Positions 30,072 through 40,063 are shown, counted from the first letter of the stretch. The stretch is 64,000 nucleotides of DNA from Methanomassiliicoccales archaeon (GCA_029907465.1 JARYLV010000005.1:22231-86230); one strand, 5' to 3'. Translations and numbers: made by a program. Notes: generated by a model not told the origin, from the letters alone.

Positions 30072-30244
30072 TATTGCACCTGGAGATCTAAGAGGTACAA
30101 ACGACCTCTTTTGTCTGACAAGAAAGATATTATCGCGTCTATATTTAAATATTGTTGTCCTCAAAACAAAATCTCCCAGCCATAAATTTTAAGGAAGGAA
30201 AGAACAAAATTCTAAATACGACCCCGATAATAGGGTTGAGGGTT

Positions 30245-30357
30245 CCCGACTTAGCTCAGTCTGGCTAGAGCGGCTGACTGTAGTGGGTTACCGGATTGCC
30301 GGTCAAACAGCCGCCGAGATCAGCAGGCCCCCGGTTCAAATCCGGGAGTCGGGACCA
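30245..30357 (+). tRNA. tRNA-Tyr (anticodon GUA) with a 35-nt intron at 37/38 (30284-30318); CCA encoded
   Basis: Hand fold. Acceptor CCCGACT/AGTCGGG, giving the C1:G72 pair typical of archaeal tRNA-Tyr. D arm GCTC..GAGC. Anticodon stem GCTGA/TCAGC with loop CUGUAG|intron|A. T arm CCCGG-TTCAAAT-CCGGG. Ends in ACCA. Confidence 0.85.
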
Positions 30358-30363
30358 TTCTTG

Positions 30364-31656
30364 CTAATCATTCGGAAATAATTTCTTCGCTGCCTCACTT
30401 GCGCGATTCAACACTGCCATCTCGTCAATGCCCTTGATCTCCCAATTCTTCATCAAAACCTTTCCATCGCATATGACTGTCTTGACATTTGCTTGCGACG
30501 ATGAGTAGACTACATTTGAGACGAGCGTGCCACGTCTGATAGGCGATAGATTTGGTGCCGTGCCGTCAAGAATCACGATGTCTGCTTTCTTGCCGGGCTC
30601 AATCGATCCTATCAATCGGTCCAACCCAATTGCTGTAGCACCGCCGATTGTCGCAAAATCAAGAATTTCCTGAGCACTAAGAACAGTAGGATCCCATCGA
30701 CTCGATTTCTGAATAAGCGAGAGTGTCTTCATCTCTCCAAACATGTCAAGACTGTTGTTCGTCGTCGAACTATCAGTACCGATCGAAACAACAACCCCTT
30801 CTTTCCTCATCTCAGGAATCGGCGCAACGCCACCGGTGGCCAGTTTCATGTTCGAAACAGGGCAGGTCGAAACACTTGTGTTGTTCTTTGCAAGTATCCG
30901 CACCTCGTTGAGTGTCAGCCAGCATGCGTGGGAAGCAAGGCAATTTCTTCCAAGAAATCCGATTTTCTCAAGATATTCAGCTGGCCGCATCCCCGTTTTT
31001 TTCCGATGATCGTTAACTTCTTTCCTCGTCTCAGACAAATGAAAATGTAGGAGGAGATTCCTCTCATCGGCATATTCTTTTGCTTCGAGGAATGTTTCCC
31101 TCGAGCAAACGTAAACGCCCTGGAGACCAACGCCAGGTGTGATCCTGCTTCCTTTGTTAGCAATCGACTGGCAGAAGCGCTTGCAATTGTCAAGGGGTCG
31201 ACCCTTTTGCGTTGTGAATTCCTCGTCAAGCACAGCCCAACATAAGACTGCCCTTAAACCCATTTCGTCAACAGCCTTTGCGATAATGTCTTCAGCATAG
31301 TATAAATCTACAAATGTTGTCGTCCCACTGCGAATCATTTCCAAACATCCAAGCTGCGTACCAGCGTAGATATCCTCAGGTGTTCTTTGGGCATCAATCG
31401 AAAAGACTCTTGAAAGAAAATCTGGAAATGAAACGTCATCGGCAACTCCCTTCATGATTGCCATTGAGATATGGGTGTGGGTGTTGATCAAGCCCGGCAG
31501 AACTATATCCCCGTGTGAGTCGATTTCTTCGTCAACGTCCGAGGAGACTTTTCCGATATCCTTGATGATGCCATCTTCGATGAGGAGGTCGCCGCGGAGG
31601 ATCTCTCGATTTTTATTTTGAGTAATGATCCACGCGTCCCTTATTGCAATTTTCAT
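30364..31656 (-). CDS. mtaD: Amidohydrolase: 5'-methylthioadenosine/S-adenosylhomocysteine (5'-deoxyadenosine) deaminase family
   Basis: LPGLINTHTHISMA, HLSET, a C-terminal SIGTDS... region and ADIVILD. About 430 aa. Confidence 0.8.
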   Translation of the reverse strand: MKIAIRDAWIITQNKNREILRGDLLIEDGIIKDIGKVSSDVDEEIDSHGDIVLPGLINTHTHISMAIMKGVADDVSFPDFLSRVFSIDAQRTPEDIYAGTQLGCLEMIRSGTTTFVDLYYAEDIIAKAVDEMGLRAVLCWAVLDEEFTTQKGRPLDNCKRFCQSIANKGSRITPGVGLQGVYVCSRETFLEAKEYADERNLLLHFHLSETRKEVNDHRKKTGMRPAEYLEKIGFLGRNCLASHACWLTLNEVRILAKNNTSVSTCPVSNMKLATGGVAPIPEMRKEGVVVSIGTDSSTTNNSLDMFGEMKTLSLIQKSSRWDPTVLSAQEILDFATIGGATAIGLDRLIGSIEPGKKADIVILDGTAPNLSPIRRGTLVSNVVYSSSQANVKTVICDGKVLMKNWEIKGIDEMAVLNRASEAAKKLFPND

Positions 31657-31804
31657 TCACTCGATGATCGAGGCCTAGAATATTAAAATTTAGCAAGACC
31701 TATGGTATCGGATAGGGAACTCCTCCGGTTCAAAAAAAAGTTTCAGAAAAGAATATTTCAGATCGCATCATTACTTCGATAAATCAGCTATTGAAGGCGT
31801 CAAC

Positions 31805-32605
31805 TTGACAACGATCACATTTCTAGGCACCAGCGGCGGAAGATTCGCCACGATATACCAAGCGAGAAGCACCGGTGGCATTTACATTAGCGATAGTGCC
31901 AGAATTCATCTCGACCCAGGGCCAGGTGCACTCGTTGCAATGAAAAAAATGTCAATCGACCCTGCGAGAACGGATGCCATACTCATTTCACACTGCCACC
32001 CAGACCACTATACTGATGCAGAGATACTGATTGAAGGGATGACGTGCGGTGGTTTTGGGCGCAGAGGAATCGTCATCGGAAGTAAGAGTGTAATTGACGG
32101 GAAGGATGCTTTTGGACCGGCAATTTCAAGATATCACCGTTCGCTGCCTGAAAATGTTTTGTCCCTTAAGCCAGGAGATAAGACTTCAGTTGACGGGATT
32201 CTGATCGAGGCGACGCCAACAATTCACAGCGATCCTACTGGCATTGGATTTCGTTTTCACACTTCTAACGGCATAATTTCGTATGTGGGCGATTCAGAAG
32301 TTGGCGAAGAGGTCATAAAGGCACATCGTAGTAGCCGTGTGATAATCTTGTGCGTGACAAGGCCTCTCGGCTCGAGAATATCCTACCATATGAACACAGA
32401 CGACGCGGCTGAATTTGCAAGATCAGTTTGTCCGGAAATTGTTCTCTTGACGCACTTCGGCATGAAGTTGCTCAGCGAGGGAGCAGAGAAGCAGGCCAAG
32501 TACATTGAAAAGGAATCAGGTATTGAGACAATCGCGATGACCGATTTTGCCAGCGTTCATATTGGAGACGAAATACACATCAACAGAAAGCGCCGCCGAA
32601 ATTGA
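31805..32605 (+). CDS. MBL-fold metallo-hydrolase
   Basis: ILISHCHPDHYTD (HxHxDH motif). TTG start. Confidence 0.65.
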   Translation: MTTITFLGTSGGRFATIYQARSTGGIYISDSARIHLDPGPGALVAMKKMSIDPARTDAILISHCHPDHYTDAEILIEGMTCGGFGRRGIVIGSKSVIDGKDAFGPAISRYHRSLPENVLSLKPGDKTSVDGILIEATPTIHSDPTGIGFRFHTSNGIISYVGDSEVGEEVIKAHRSSRVIILCVTRPLGSRISYHMNTDDAAEFARSVCPEIVLLTHFGMKLLSEGAEKQAKYIEKESGIETIAMTDFASVHIGDEIHINRKRRRN

Positions 32606-32734
32606 ACAAAGTCGATTGCCCGTTGCAAGTATATAAGCGCTTGAATTGCGCCCGATGAAAATGCATCGGACAATGTCGAAGCTCGAACATGTTAGTAGAT
32701 AGTTTTTTATAGTAGTGCATATTATGCCGAATTA

Positions 32735-32830
32735 GGCGCTCGGGGCCGGTGGCTCAACTTTCCTCCTAAGCTTTTTTTGTTATCCCCACCACGCCGGCCT
32801 CGGGCGCCGAACCCCCCTTTAGTTTTTTTT
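32735..32830 (+). ncRNA. Candidate small structured RNA: GC-rich 15+ bp hairpin with a C/U-rich loop, TATA box upstream and T8 downstream
   Basis: GGCGCTCGGGGCCGG (32735-32749) pairs with CCGGCCTCGGGCGCC (32794-32808), with two G-U pairs. The loop contains UUUCCUCCUAAG. TTTTTTATA at 32703-32711 lies about 26 nt upstream of G32735, and TTT-AG-TTTTTTTT lies at 32818-32830. The caveat is an internal T7 run at 32772-32778. Confidence 0.35.
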
Positions 32831-32920
32831 AACTGTTAAATTTGGCCACAGTATTCGCAAGGGATTGGAACCGAAGCACGCAGAAGTATTATTCTTATTC
32901 AAATTCAATAAGGTCAATGC

Positions 32921-34246
32921 ATGATGCTCGAGGAAGAAATCCTAAAGAGGATCACACCTGACACAGAACACAGAAGATTCGTCGATCGAGTCGTGTCAGA
33001 TCTCATGAAGAAAGTTGAAAAGGAAATATCCAGATTCAATTTTCCACTGGAAGCCCGACTCGTCGGATCAGTTGCGAAGGACACATACCTTCCCAGACCT
33101 GATATCGATATCTTTGTCATGTTTCCGCCATCTGTTGATCGAGACGAGTTAGAGACGATCGGGCTAGACATCGGAAGGAGAGTTCTCGGAGGTGAGGAGC
33201 GCTACGCAGAACACCCGTACATTCACGGGAAATACAGGGGACTCGACGTCGATCTCGTGCCATGCTACAGAATTGAAAATCCTTCGAAAATAAAAAGTGC
33301 CGTCGACCGAACCCCGTTCCACACTGAGTTCATCAAGAAAAAAATTACAGAACACCAGAAGCCAGAGGTTCGTCTTTTGAAACAGTTTATGAAAGGCATT
33401 GGGGTGTATGGAGCTGAGGCGAAGATACAGGGGTTCTCGGGTTATTTGGTCGAGCTACTCGTCCTCAGGTACGGAGATTTTCTTTCGGTAGTAAAATCAG
33501 CGTCCCAGTGGAAATACGGCGAGAGACTATGGCTCGAGCGCCCCGGCGACACTAAGTTCGACGATCCACTGATTTTCTATGATCCAGTTGATCTCTCACG
33601 GAATGTCGCCTCTCCTGTCTCAATTAATTCATTTTCTCGATTTATTTACGCATGTGCATCTTATTTAAAAGAAAAGAATGAACGCTTTTTCTTTCCGAAA
33701 AAGAGGGAAGACTGGAAAATCAAAAGAATTAGAGAATGTTTCAAAAAAAGAGAGACGGCTCCAGTCATCGTTCGCTTCGATCGGCCGGATATTATCGATG
33801 ATGACCTATACCCTCAGATTAGGAAGACAGAAGAGAGCATATCCAACCTCCTCAAAAACCACGACTTCACGGTCGTCGACAGGGTGTCACGCGCCGATCG
33901 TTACGTACTGATTGCATTTGAGATTGAATCCTTGAAACTGCCGACTGCAAAGAGACACGAAGGGCCGCCGATGTGGATAGAGCATTCAAAACGATTCCTC
34001 GAGAAATGGAAAGGAAAGACAGGACTCAGCGAGCCATTCATCGACCAAGGGAAGCTCGTTGTTATCGCGAGGAGGGAGTACACAGATGCGGCTCAGCTAC
34101 TACGTGATAGGATCAAAACGACTTCACTCGGAAAGGATCTCAAGCAGGTAAAATTCGACGTGATATCAGGGAAAGCGGTTTTCAGAAAGGAGTATAGAAA
34201 GATCATGACCGATATACTTGATAAGAGAATGCCGTGGGAAATCTAG
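32921..34246 (+). CDS. cca: CCA-adding enzyme (archaeal class I tRNA nucleotidyltransferase)
   Basis: LVGSVAKDTYLPRPDIDIFV (nucleotidyltransferase G[S]x...DxD), VDLVPCY and RTPFHTEF. About 440 aa. Confidence 0.85.
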   Translation: MMLEEEILKRITPDTEHRRFVDRVVSDLMKKVEKEISRFNFPLEARLVGSVAKDTYLPRPDIDIFVMFPPSVDRDELETIGLDIGRRVLGGEERYAEHPYIHGKYRGLDVDLVPCYRIENPSKIKSAVDRTPFHTEFIKKKITEHQKPEVRLLKQFMKGIGVYGAEAKIQGFSGYLVELLVLRYGDFLSVVKSASQWKYGERLWLERPGDTKFDDPLIFYDPVDLSRNVASPVSINSFSRFIYACASYLKEKNERFFFPKKREDWKIKRIRECFKKRETAPVIVRFDRPDIIDDDLYPQIRKTEESISNLLKNHDFTVVDRVSRADRYVLIAFEIESLKLPTAKRHEGPPMWIEHSKRFLEKWKGKTGLSEPFIDQGKLVVIARREYTDAAQLLRDRIKTTSLGKDLKQVKFDVISGKAVFRKEYRKIMTDILDKRMPWEI

Positions 34247-34257
34247 CAGTGTCATCG

Positions 34258-34953
34258 TCAGCCGGTCACCTGGATCGTATATATGTCCGATATCGCCTGA
34301 TTTCCCGACGAGTCGGAGGCAACGATATAGAAGGCATATGGCCCAGGACCAGAAAAGTCCGAAAGATCCTTCAAGATCTCATAGATATGATCTGAAGCAA
34401 GGGTCATATTATCGAGGGGCAAGGCTGAAAATCCTATCTGAACGGAACTCAACCTGCCATTATCAGCAACCTTTGCCGTTATATTGATTATCGCATCGCG
34501 TGGAATATTTGAAAACGCATAGGCTGAGGGTTTCTGAGAAACCCAGTTGCCACTCCCGTCCTGGTACCAGATCGTCACTTCCGAGATTTGCGGCGGCGTG
34601 TGGTCGCTAAATGGAGGATTCATCATGAGTATCCATATGCCAAGGAAGAGAAGGAAGAAAAGCGCGAGATTACCAAAAAGGGTTTTCTTTTCAATCTCAT
34701 TGGGCTTGATTTTTACTAGAATGTATATATATCTCAATGCAAACATGCCGATGAAAAGAACGACCAGCCCCAGTAATACGTTAATTTCGCCAACAAGGAA
34801 CGCTACGATGCCACAGAGAATGGCAAAAAGCGCTGTCAACAGAAGAGTCTTTGTTCCCCTGATGTCATTTTCAAGGAAAGCCTTTTCGTCGAATTCTGGT
34901 GGGATGAACTCGTACTCCTCTTCAACGACTTCTTTCTTCTTTTTTCGGGCCAT
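34258..34953 (-). CDS. Membrane protein with three TM helices and an extracellular Ig-like domain (hypothetical)
   Basis: A Lys/Glu-rich N-terminus and TM helices. The C-terminal domain DHTPPQISEV...INITAKVADNGRLSSVQIGF...YIVASDSSGNQ resembles the membrane-proximal domain of the giant protein. Confidence 0.6.
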   Translation of the reverse strand: MARKKKKEVVEEEYEFIPPEFDEKAFLENDIRGTKTLLLTALFAILCGIVAFLVGEINVLLGLVVLFIGMFALRYIYILVKIKPNEIEKKTLFGNLALFFLLFLGIWILMMNPPFSDHTPPQISEVTIWYQDGSGNWVSQKPSAYAFSNIPRDAIINITAKVADNGRLSSVQIGFSALPLDNMTLASDHIYEILKDLSDFSGPGPYAFYIVASDSSGNQAISDIYTIQVTG

Positions 34954-35232
34954 GTCGACACCCTAACGCCGAGAGGATTAAAAACCCTTTGGATTATCTA
35001 TTGATTGAGAATATTGCTCGAGACATCAGAAACGGGAAAGCATTAGGAAACGATTTTCGAACCAGCAGGGGATGATTATTTCAAAAATATAGTGTTAGAT
35101 GGTGTAATTTCATTGCAAAGGGCTTTTACTTAAAATAGGATGACTTCCATGCTCTATTTAACCCCACTTTCGATGAACTCGGGGGGTATATATTATAAAT
35201 GTTCGTAGGATTAGATATGAAGAGGTGCTTTA

Positions 35233-36696
35233 ATGCCCGAGAAAAAACTTGAAGAGTTGCCGGGTGTTGGCCCTGCAACTGCTGAGAAACTTCGTGACGC
35301 CGGTTATACGGATCTAATGAGTATCGCGGTCGAATCACCGAAGACCCTGGCTGAAATAGCGGAAATCGGAGAGAGCACAGCCGCAAAGATCATCGCCGCA
35401 GCGAAACAGGCGGCGGATGTAGGAGGATTTGAAACGGGAGATCAAGTCCTCGAAAGGAGAAAGAATATCCACAAACTGACCTCCTGTTCTAAGGCCCTCG
35501 ACGAGTTGATGGGGGGAGGATTTGAAACCCAATCAATTGTCGAATTTTATGGCGAATTCGGGAGCGGGAAGTGTGTTTCTGCCGGAACACCCGTCATCTT
35601 TGAGTACGGTAGGTCACCATTAGTATCCACTATAGAAGATGTTTTTGACATTTACAAAGAAGAAAACGGAAAGGAGACTTTCGATAACGGCGAAATTGTT
35701 TCAACTCATGGTACGAGAGTCCTAGGCTTCATCAATGGAGTGGTCAAACCAGTATATGCATCACATATCTATAGAGAGAGGGTCAAGGAGCTTGTTGAAA
35801 TTGAGACCGTAAAGGGACGCACGATTGCACTCAGTATGGCTCACAGACTCCCAGTTGTCGTTGACGGGGGGGTTCAATGGCTTCGAGCGAGTCATATCAA
35901 AAGGGATCAAAAAATTGCGGTCGTAAATGCCGTCTATGATGAACTTCTTCGATCATTCGATAAGGGTCAAAAAGTCTTCTCAGATAGGGTCAAATCTATA
36001 CGAATAAACCAGTACAATGATTACATCTACGATTTCGTGGTTCCTGAGGGTCATTCATTTGTCGGCGGGTCCTTGCCAACAATTCTCCACAACACTCAAC
36101 TGTGTTTTCAGCTCGCGGTTAATACGACGATGCCCGTTGAAAGGGGTGGATTGGAGGGCGAAGTCGTAGTCATTGATACGGAAAACACATTCAGGCCAGA
36201 GAGGATCGTTCAAATGGCGACAGCCCTTGATCTTGACCCTATCGAGACTCTGCGAAAAATTCACGTCGCAAGGGCTTACAATTCGCATCATCAGATGCTT
36301 CTCGTCGAAAAGGCAGCAGACCTTGCGAAAGAGCGACCGATCAGGTTGATGGTCGTCGACTCGCTCACAGCCCATTTCAGAGCGGAATACATCGGGAGGG
36401 GAGCGCTCGCAGAGAGGCAGCAGACTCTCAATAAACACATGCATGATCTCATGAAGTTCGCGGATGTCAATAACGCCGTCATCGCTGTGACAAATCAGGT
36501 CGCAGCGAAGCCAGACGCATTTTTCGGAGATCCCACGCGTCCCATCGGAGGACATATCGTCGGACACACAGCGACTTTCAGGATTTATCTCAGGAAAAGC
36601 AAAGGGGGAAAGCGTATCGCAAGATTGATCGATTCGCCGAACCTCCCCGAAGCAGAGGTCGTCATCACGATCTCAGAGGAAGGAATTCGTGACTGA
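35233..36696 (+). CDS. radA: DNA repair and recombination protein RadA, interrupted by a mini-intein in the P-loop
   Basis: The N-terminal HhH is [17 protein letters not shown]. Walker A GEFGSGK is split from TQLCFQLAV by a 174-aa insert. Downstream are [14 protein letters not shown] and LMVVDSL. The mature size would be 313 aa. Confidence 0.95.
   Translation: MPEKKLEELPGVGPATAEKLRDAGYTDLMSIAVESPKTLAEIAEIGESTAAKIIAAAKQAADVGGFETGDQVLERRKNIHKLTSCSKALDELMGGGFETQSIVEFYGEFGSGKCVSAGTPVIFEYGRSPLVSTIEDVFDIYKEENGKETFDNGEIVSTHGTRVLGFINGVVKPVYASHIYRERVKELVEIETVKGRTIALSMAHRLPVVVDGGVQWLRASHIKRDQKIAVVNAVYDELLRSFDKGQKVFSDRVKSIRINQYNDYIYDFVVPEGHSFVGGSLPTILHNTQLCFQLAVNTTMPVERGGLEGEVVVIDTENTFRPERIVQMATALDLDPIETLRKIHVARAYNSHHQMLLVEKAADLAKERPIRLMVVDSLTAHFRAEYIGRGALAERQQTLNKHMHDLMKFADVNNAVIAVTNQVAAKPDAFFGDPTRPIGGHIVGHTATFRIYLRKSKGGKRIARLIDSPNLPEAEVVITISEEGIRD
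35572..36093 (+). mobile_element. RadA mini-intein (174 aa, no homing-endonuclease domain) inserted between GSGK and TQ of Walker A
   Basis: It begins with Cys (CVSAGTPV, block A). Block B is [11 protein letters not shown]. Blocks F/G are [19 protein letters not shown], followed by the +1 Thr (ACT at 36094). Confidence 0.9.
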
Positions 36697-37696
36697 GGAC
36701 TCTTTCCTATTCGAGCTCTCGGGTGAACATCCCACACTCCCGAAGGCTGAAGCGCTCGCATGTGTATACGCTGAATGCGAGCAGTACTCAATCATCGCAT
36801 CCGGTCCAGGATATCTTGTTTGCCGTTTCTCGCCAGAGAAACTCGATCGAATCGCGTATCGTCTCGCGCTCTCGCACCGCATCGGACGATATCTTGGGTC
36901 TTGCAGGATACAAGAGCTCAGCGAATTTGTCGACGGCCTAGACCTCCCAGGTGGAACCTTTTGCGTTCGCGTGAAAAGATATCAACAGTACATGCAGGAA
37001 GTTGATTCACTAAGTGTTGCGAAAAAAGTCGGGGAGATCATTGGTAAGGAAAGAACCGTGAACCTCAAGTCCCCAGATCTCGAAATCCGAGTCCTCCTTT
37101 CTGATGCGCTACACTTTTTTATAAATGATCGCGCCATTGACAGAAAGCAATATGATCGCCGAAAGGTAGCACTACGACCGTTCTTTTCACCAATTTCGCT
37201 ACACCCGCGGTACGCAAGAGCACTCGTTAATTTATCTAGGGTAAGAGCTAATGAAACCCTGTTGGACCCGTTTTGCGGTACTGGTGGTATTCTCATAGAA
37301 GCGAGCTTAATTGGCGCAAGAGTGTTCGGATCTGATGTGTCAGAGGAGATGATCGAGGGGTGCAAGAAAAACATGCAACATTTCGGAGCGAAGTGGGAAG
37401 ATATGAAGGCCATCGATGTTGGCTCGATTGCCGAGGAGTTCGATCAAATTGATGCTGTCGTAACGGATCCGCCCTATGGCCGTTCGGCGACGACAAAAAA
37501 GGAGCTGCCGAAACAATTATACGAGAGGGCAATGGGAGCGATTGCTGATACCCTGAAGACCAATGGACACCTGAGTATCGTGTTCCCCTCACCCTGCCAT
37601 TCAACACATGACAAACTCAAGCTACAGGAAATCCATACACAGAAAGTTCATAGATCACTGACAAGGCACTATTGTGTATTCACCCGTTTACCGTAA
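36689..37696 (+). CDS. THUMP-domain tRNA (guanine-N2) methyltransferase (archaeal Trm-G10/Trm11 family)
   Basis: N-terminal [15 protein letters not shown]. Motif [14 protein letters not shown] and motif [15 protein letters not shown] start overlaps the radA stop. Confidence 0.75.
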   Translation: MTEDSFLFELSGEHPTLPKAEALACVYAECEQYSIIASGPGYLVCRFSPEKLDRIAYRLALSHRIGRYLGSCRIQELSEFVDGLDLPGGTFCVRVKRYQQYMQEVDSLSVAKKVGEIIGKERTVNLKSPDLEIRVLLSDALHFFINDRAIDRKQYDRRKVALRPFFSPISLHPRYARALVNLSRVRANETLLDPFCGTGGILIEASLIGARVFGSDVSEEMIEGCKKNMQHFGAKWEDMKAIDVGSIAEEFDQIDAVVTDPPYGRSATTKKELPKQLYERAMGAIADTLKTNGHLSIVFPSPCHSTHDKLKLQEIHTQKVHRSLTRHYCVFTRLP

Positions 37697-39134
37697 TTTG
37701 AAAATTGATCGTCCGTGATTCACTCTGTGACGAGGTATCGAGCACGATTGTGCGCAGCCCTTCCTCTGCGTTCTCAGGAACGGTAATCTCCACGGTCACA
37801 TTCGCCGATCTCTTATATGGAATCTCGAATTCGAGCGCGTTCGTCGCGTTTTCTCGCGACTGGTTACTCAAATAAATGATAGCACTCCAGTTCTGAGGGA
37901 CTTGTTTCATAACGAAGTTGAGATGCAAGTACGTGTTACCAGTGTTGTTCACAACCATGTAGAATACCACGTTCTGACCTGGAGTGACATTCACAGAGGA
38001 CGATTGTGGCTCTATCAAAACGATCTCGTATGAGTGATCTGGGGGTATTTCGACCACTGGGATTGGAACAAATGTCAATAGGAGTATAACCAGAGCTGCG
38101 GCGCCAATCGCTTTCCTCTTATTATCCACTTTGGAGATATCGTTAAGCGGGGCAGGGTGTCTTAGACCGAGAAGGAATATCAATAACGCGAAGAAAAGCC
38201 AGCCGATGTAAAAGAAGGACATGATGAAAAGGAGAGCGATTGTCGCATAACTCAGGTATCTCGACTTGTCTCCAAGAAGCCCCCTTGCGATGTGTCCACC
38301 ATCAAGCTGTCCTGCTGGCAATAGATTAATCGCCGTTACGAGTAGACCGACCCAGGCCGCAAATGCCGTGGGGTGAAGGGCAACGCCTTCAGGAACAGGT
38401 ACAAAAAGCATAAAGAACTGGTAAAGTGGTTGGACGACGATCGCGATGGCACCACCTGTACCAAGCTCACCAGACTGGACTTCACCATGTGCTGTGAGAT
38501 AAAGACCAATAATGACGAGTGGAATTGCAACAATAAGACCTCCGATTGGCCCAGCTACTCCTATGTCCACTAGAGCCTTTCTGTCGGGCATCGGCTCACG
38601 CATTGAGATAAACGCTCCGAATGTCCCGAGAGGGGGAACTGAGGGAATGAAATATGGAAGGGAGGCTTCGACGCCATGTTTCTTTGAAGCGAGGTAATGG
38701 CACAGTTCATGCATCCCGAGCATCGTCATCAGTGGGATGGCAAAGAAAACTGCGCCCCAGAGGAAATTGTCGACAGTGAGAACTGAAGACACGCCCTTGT
38801 AACTCGCCCAGAGGTATGCGCCAGCAAACGTAGTTGAGAAGAAAGTAACGATAAGAAGGAGTTGGTTAATCCACGTCCCCCTCCGTTTGATCTCGGGCTT
38901 CCTAGCGATCGCGATAATATATTCTCCACCCTGGTGGTGAAGAAAGGGGATGTAACCCCTAGCGCCGAGTTCCCGACGAAGCGATTCAAAATTCTGATCG
39001 AGGGTACGTGGGTCAGGGGTGATGAAAATTGATAGAGAATCGTGGGTCAATCTAACATCATAGATTGGAAAATACTTTCCAATGATCGACTTAATCGCTT
39101 CGATCTCAGCAGCCACATCAACATTGGCCATCAC
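37680..39134 (-). CDS. Peptidase M50 (site-2 protease) with an extra C-terminal extracellular beta-sandwich (CARDB/NPCBM-associated-like) domain
   Basis: HELCHYLASKKHG (HExxH), NLLPAGQLDGGHI and multiple TM helices. The C-terminal roughly 130 aa contains VVNNTGNTYLHL...VTVEITVPENAEEG. Confidence 0.8.
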   Translation of the reverse strand: MMANVDVAAEIEAIKSIIGKYFPIYDVRLTHDSLSIFITPDPRTLDQNFESLRRELGARGYIPFLHHQGGEYIIAIARKPEIKRRGTWINQLLLIVTFFSTTFAGAYLWASYKGVSSVLTVDNFLWGAVFFAIPLMTMLGMHELCHYLASKKHGVEASLPYFIPSVPPLGTFGAFISMREPMPDRKALVDIGVAGPIGGLIVAIPLVIIGLYLTAHGEVQSGELGTGGAIAIVVQPLYQFFMLFVPVPEGVALHPTAFAAWVGLLVTAINLLPAGQLDGGHIARGLLGDKSRYLSYATIALLFIMSFFYIGWLFFALLIFLLGLRHPAPLNDISKVDNKRKAIGAAALVILLLTFVPIPVVEIPPDHSYEIVLIEPQSSSVNVTPGQNVVFYMVVNNTGNTYLHLNFVMKQVPQNWSAIIYLSNQSRENATNALEFEIPYKRSANVTVEITVPENAEEGLRTIVLDTSSQSESRTINFQITVNG

Positions 39135-39196
39135 GCACGCTATCTTAATCTAATTATTAACCTTTTGCCCAATACTATTTCGTAATACAATCTTAA

Positions 39197-40063
39197 ATGG
39201 TTACTTCCCGGGGAAAAAAAGTAATTATAACAAAGAAATTCCCAACGGTGAATCGGTTCATTCAGCTTTTCCGCATCGGCAATTGTATTATGGGCGTTGT
39301 TGGGGTCATATTGGCTGCGCTGGTCGGCGCGGGAACTTCAATAGTGGATTATACCATGGAAATTCTTGTCGCTTCCGCAGTCGTCTTCACATTCATCGCC
39401 GCGGGAAACTCGCTCAATGATTATATGGATCGAGAGGTCGACAAGAAAGCTCATCCCGAAAGACCGATCCCCTCAGGGAAGATTAGTCCTTCAACAGTCT
39501 TGAGAGTCTCAGCAGTCCTCTTCTCCATCTCGCTCCTTCTGTCCTTGCTCCTCGACCCGATTTCCATCGGTATCGTAGTAGTCGCTGTTCTCTTCATGAT
39601 TTCCTACGAACTAAAATTCAAAAAAGAGGGTTTCAGTGGCAACTTTCTCATCGCCCTATTGACTGGTTTCCTATTCTTTTTCGGTGGTGCCGTCGTGAGA
39701 CACATTGAACAGACACTTGCGCTCGCAGCGATGGCATTTCTTGCAACCCTAGGTAGGGAAATCATCAAAGACGTAGAGGACATGGAGGCGGACTTTGACC
39801 GGATGACTTTGCCTAAACGGATCGGGAAGAGAAAGGCTGGTGCAACTGCAACATCATTCATTTTGGTCGCAGTCATCCTGAGCTTCGAGCCTTACATTGT
39901 CGGCTTCTTCCATATTGAATATCTTCTAATCGTTCTCGTTGCTGATGCAATCTTTATATACTCCTCATATCTTCAATTTCAAAATCCGAAGCGAGGTCAG
40001 AGATTGATAAAAATAGGAATGTTTGTCGCACTCATCGCTTTCCTCGTAGGTGGTCTTCTATGA
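39197..40063 (+). CDS. UbiA-family prenyltransferase, digeranylgeranylglyceryl phosphate synthase-like
   Basis: AAGNSLNDYMDREVDKKAHPERPIPSG (first Asp-rich motif) and KDVEDMEADF (second). About 8 TM helices. It is adjacent to GGGPS. Confidence 0.8.
   Translation: MVTSRGKKVIITKKFPTVNRFIQLFRIGNCIMGVVGVILAALVGAGTSIVDYTMEILVASAVVFTFIAAGNSLNDYMDREVDKKAHPERPIPSGKISPSTVLRVSAVLFSISLLLSLLLDPISIGIVVVAVLFMISYELKFKKEGFSGNFLIALLTGFLFFFGGAVVRHIEQTLALAAMAFLATLGREIIKDVEDMEADFDRMTLPKRIGKRKAGATATSFILVAVILSFEPYIVGFFHIEYLLIVLVADAIFIYSSYLQFQNPKRGQRLIKIGMFVALIAFLVGGLL

Noticed and set aside
36055-36567. A 170-aa minus-strand ORF.
   Set aside because: It is antisense to the radA C-terminal extein, whose conserved RecA-fold motifs are unambiguous.
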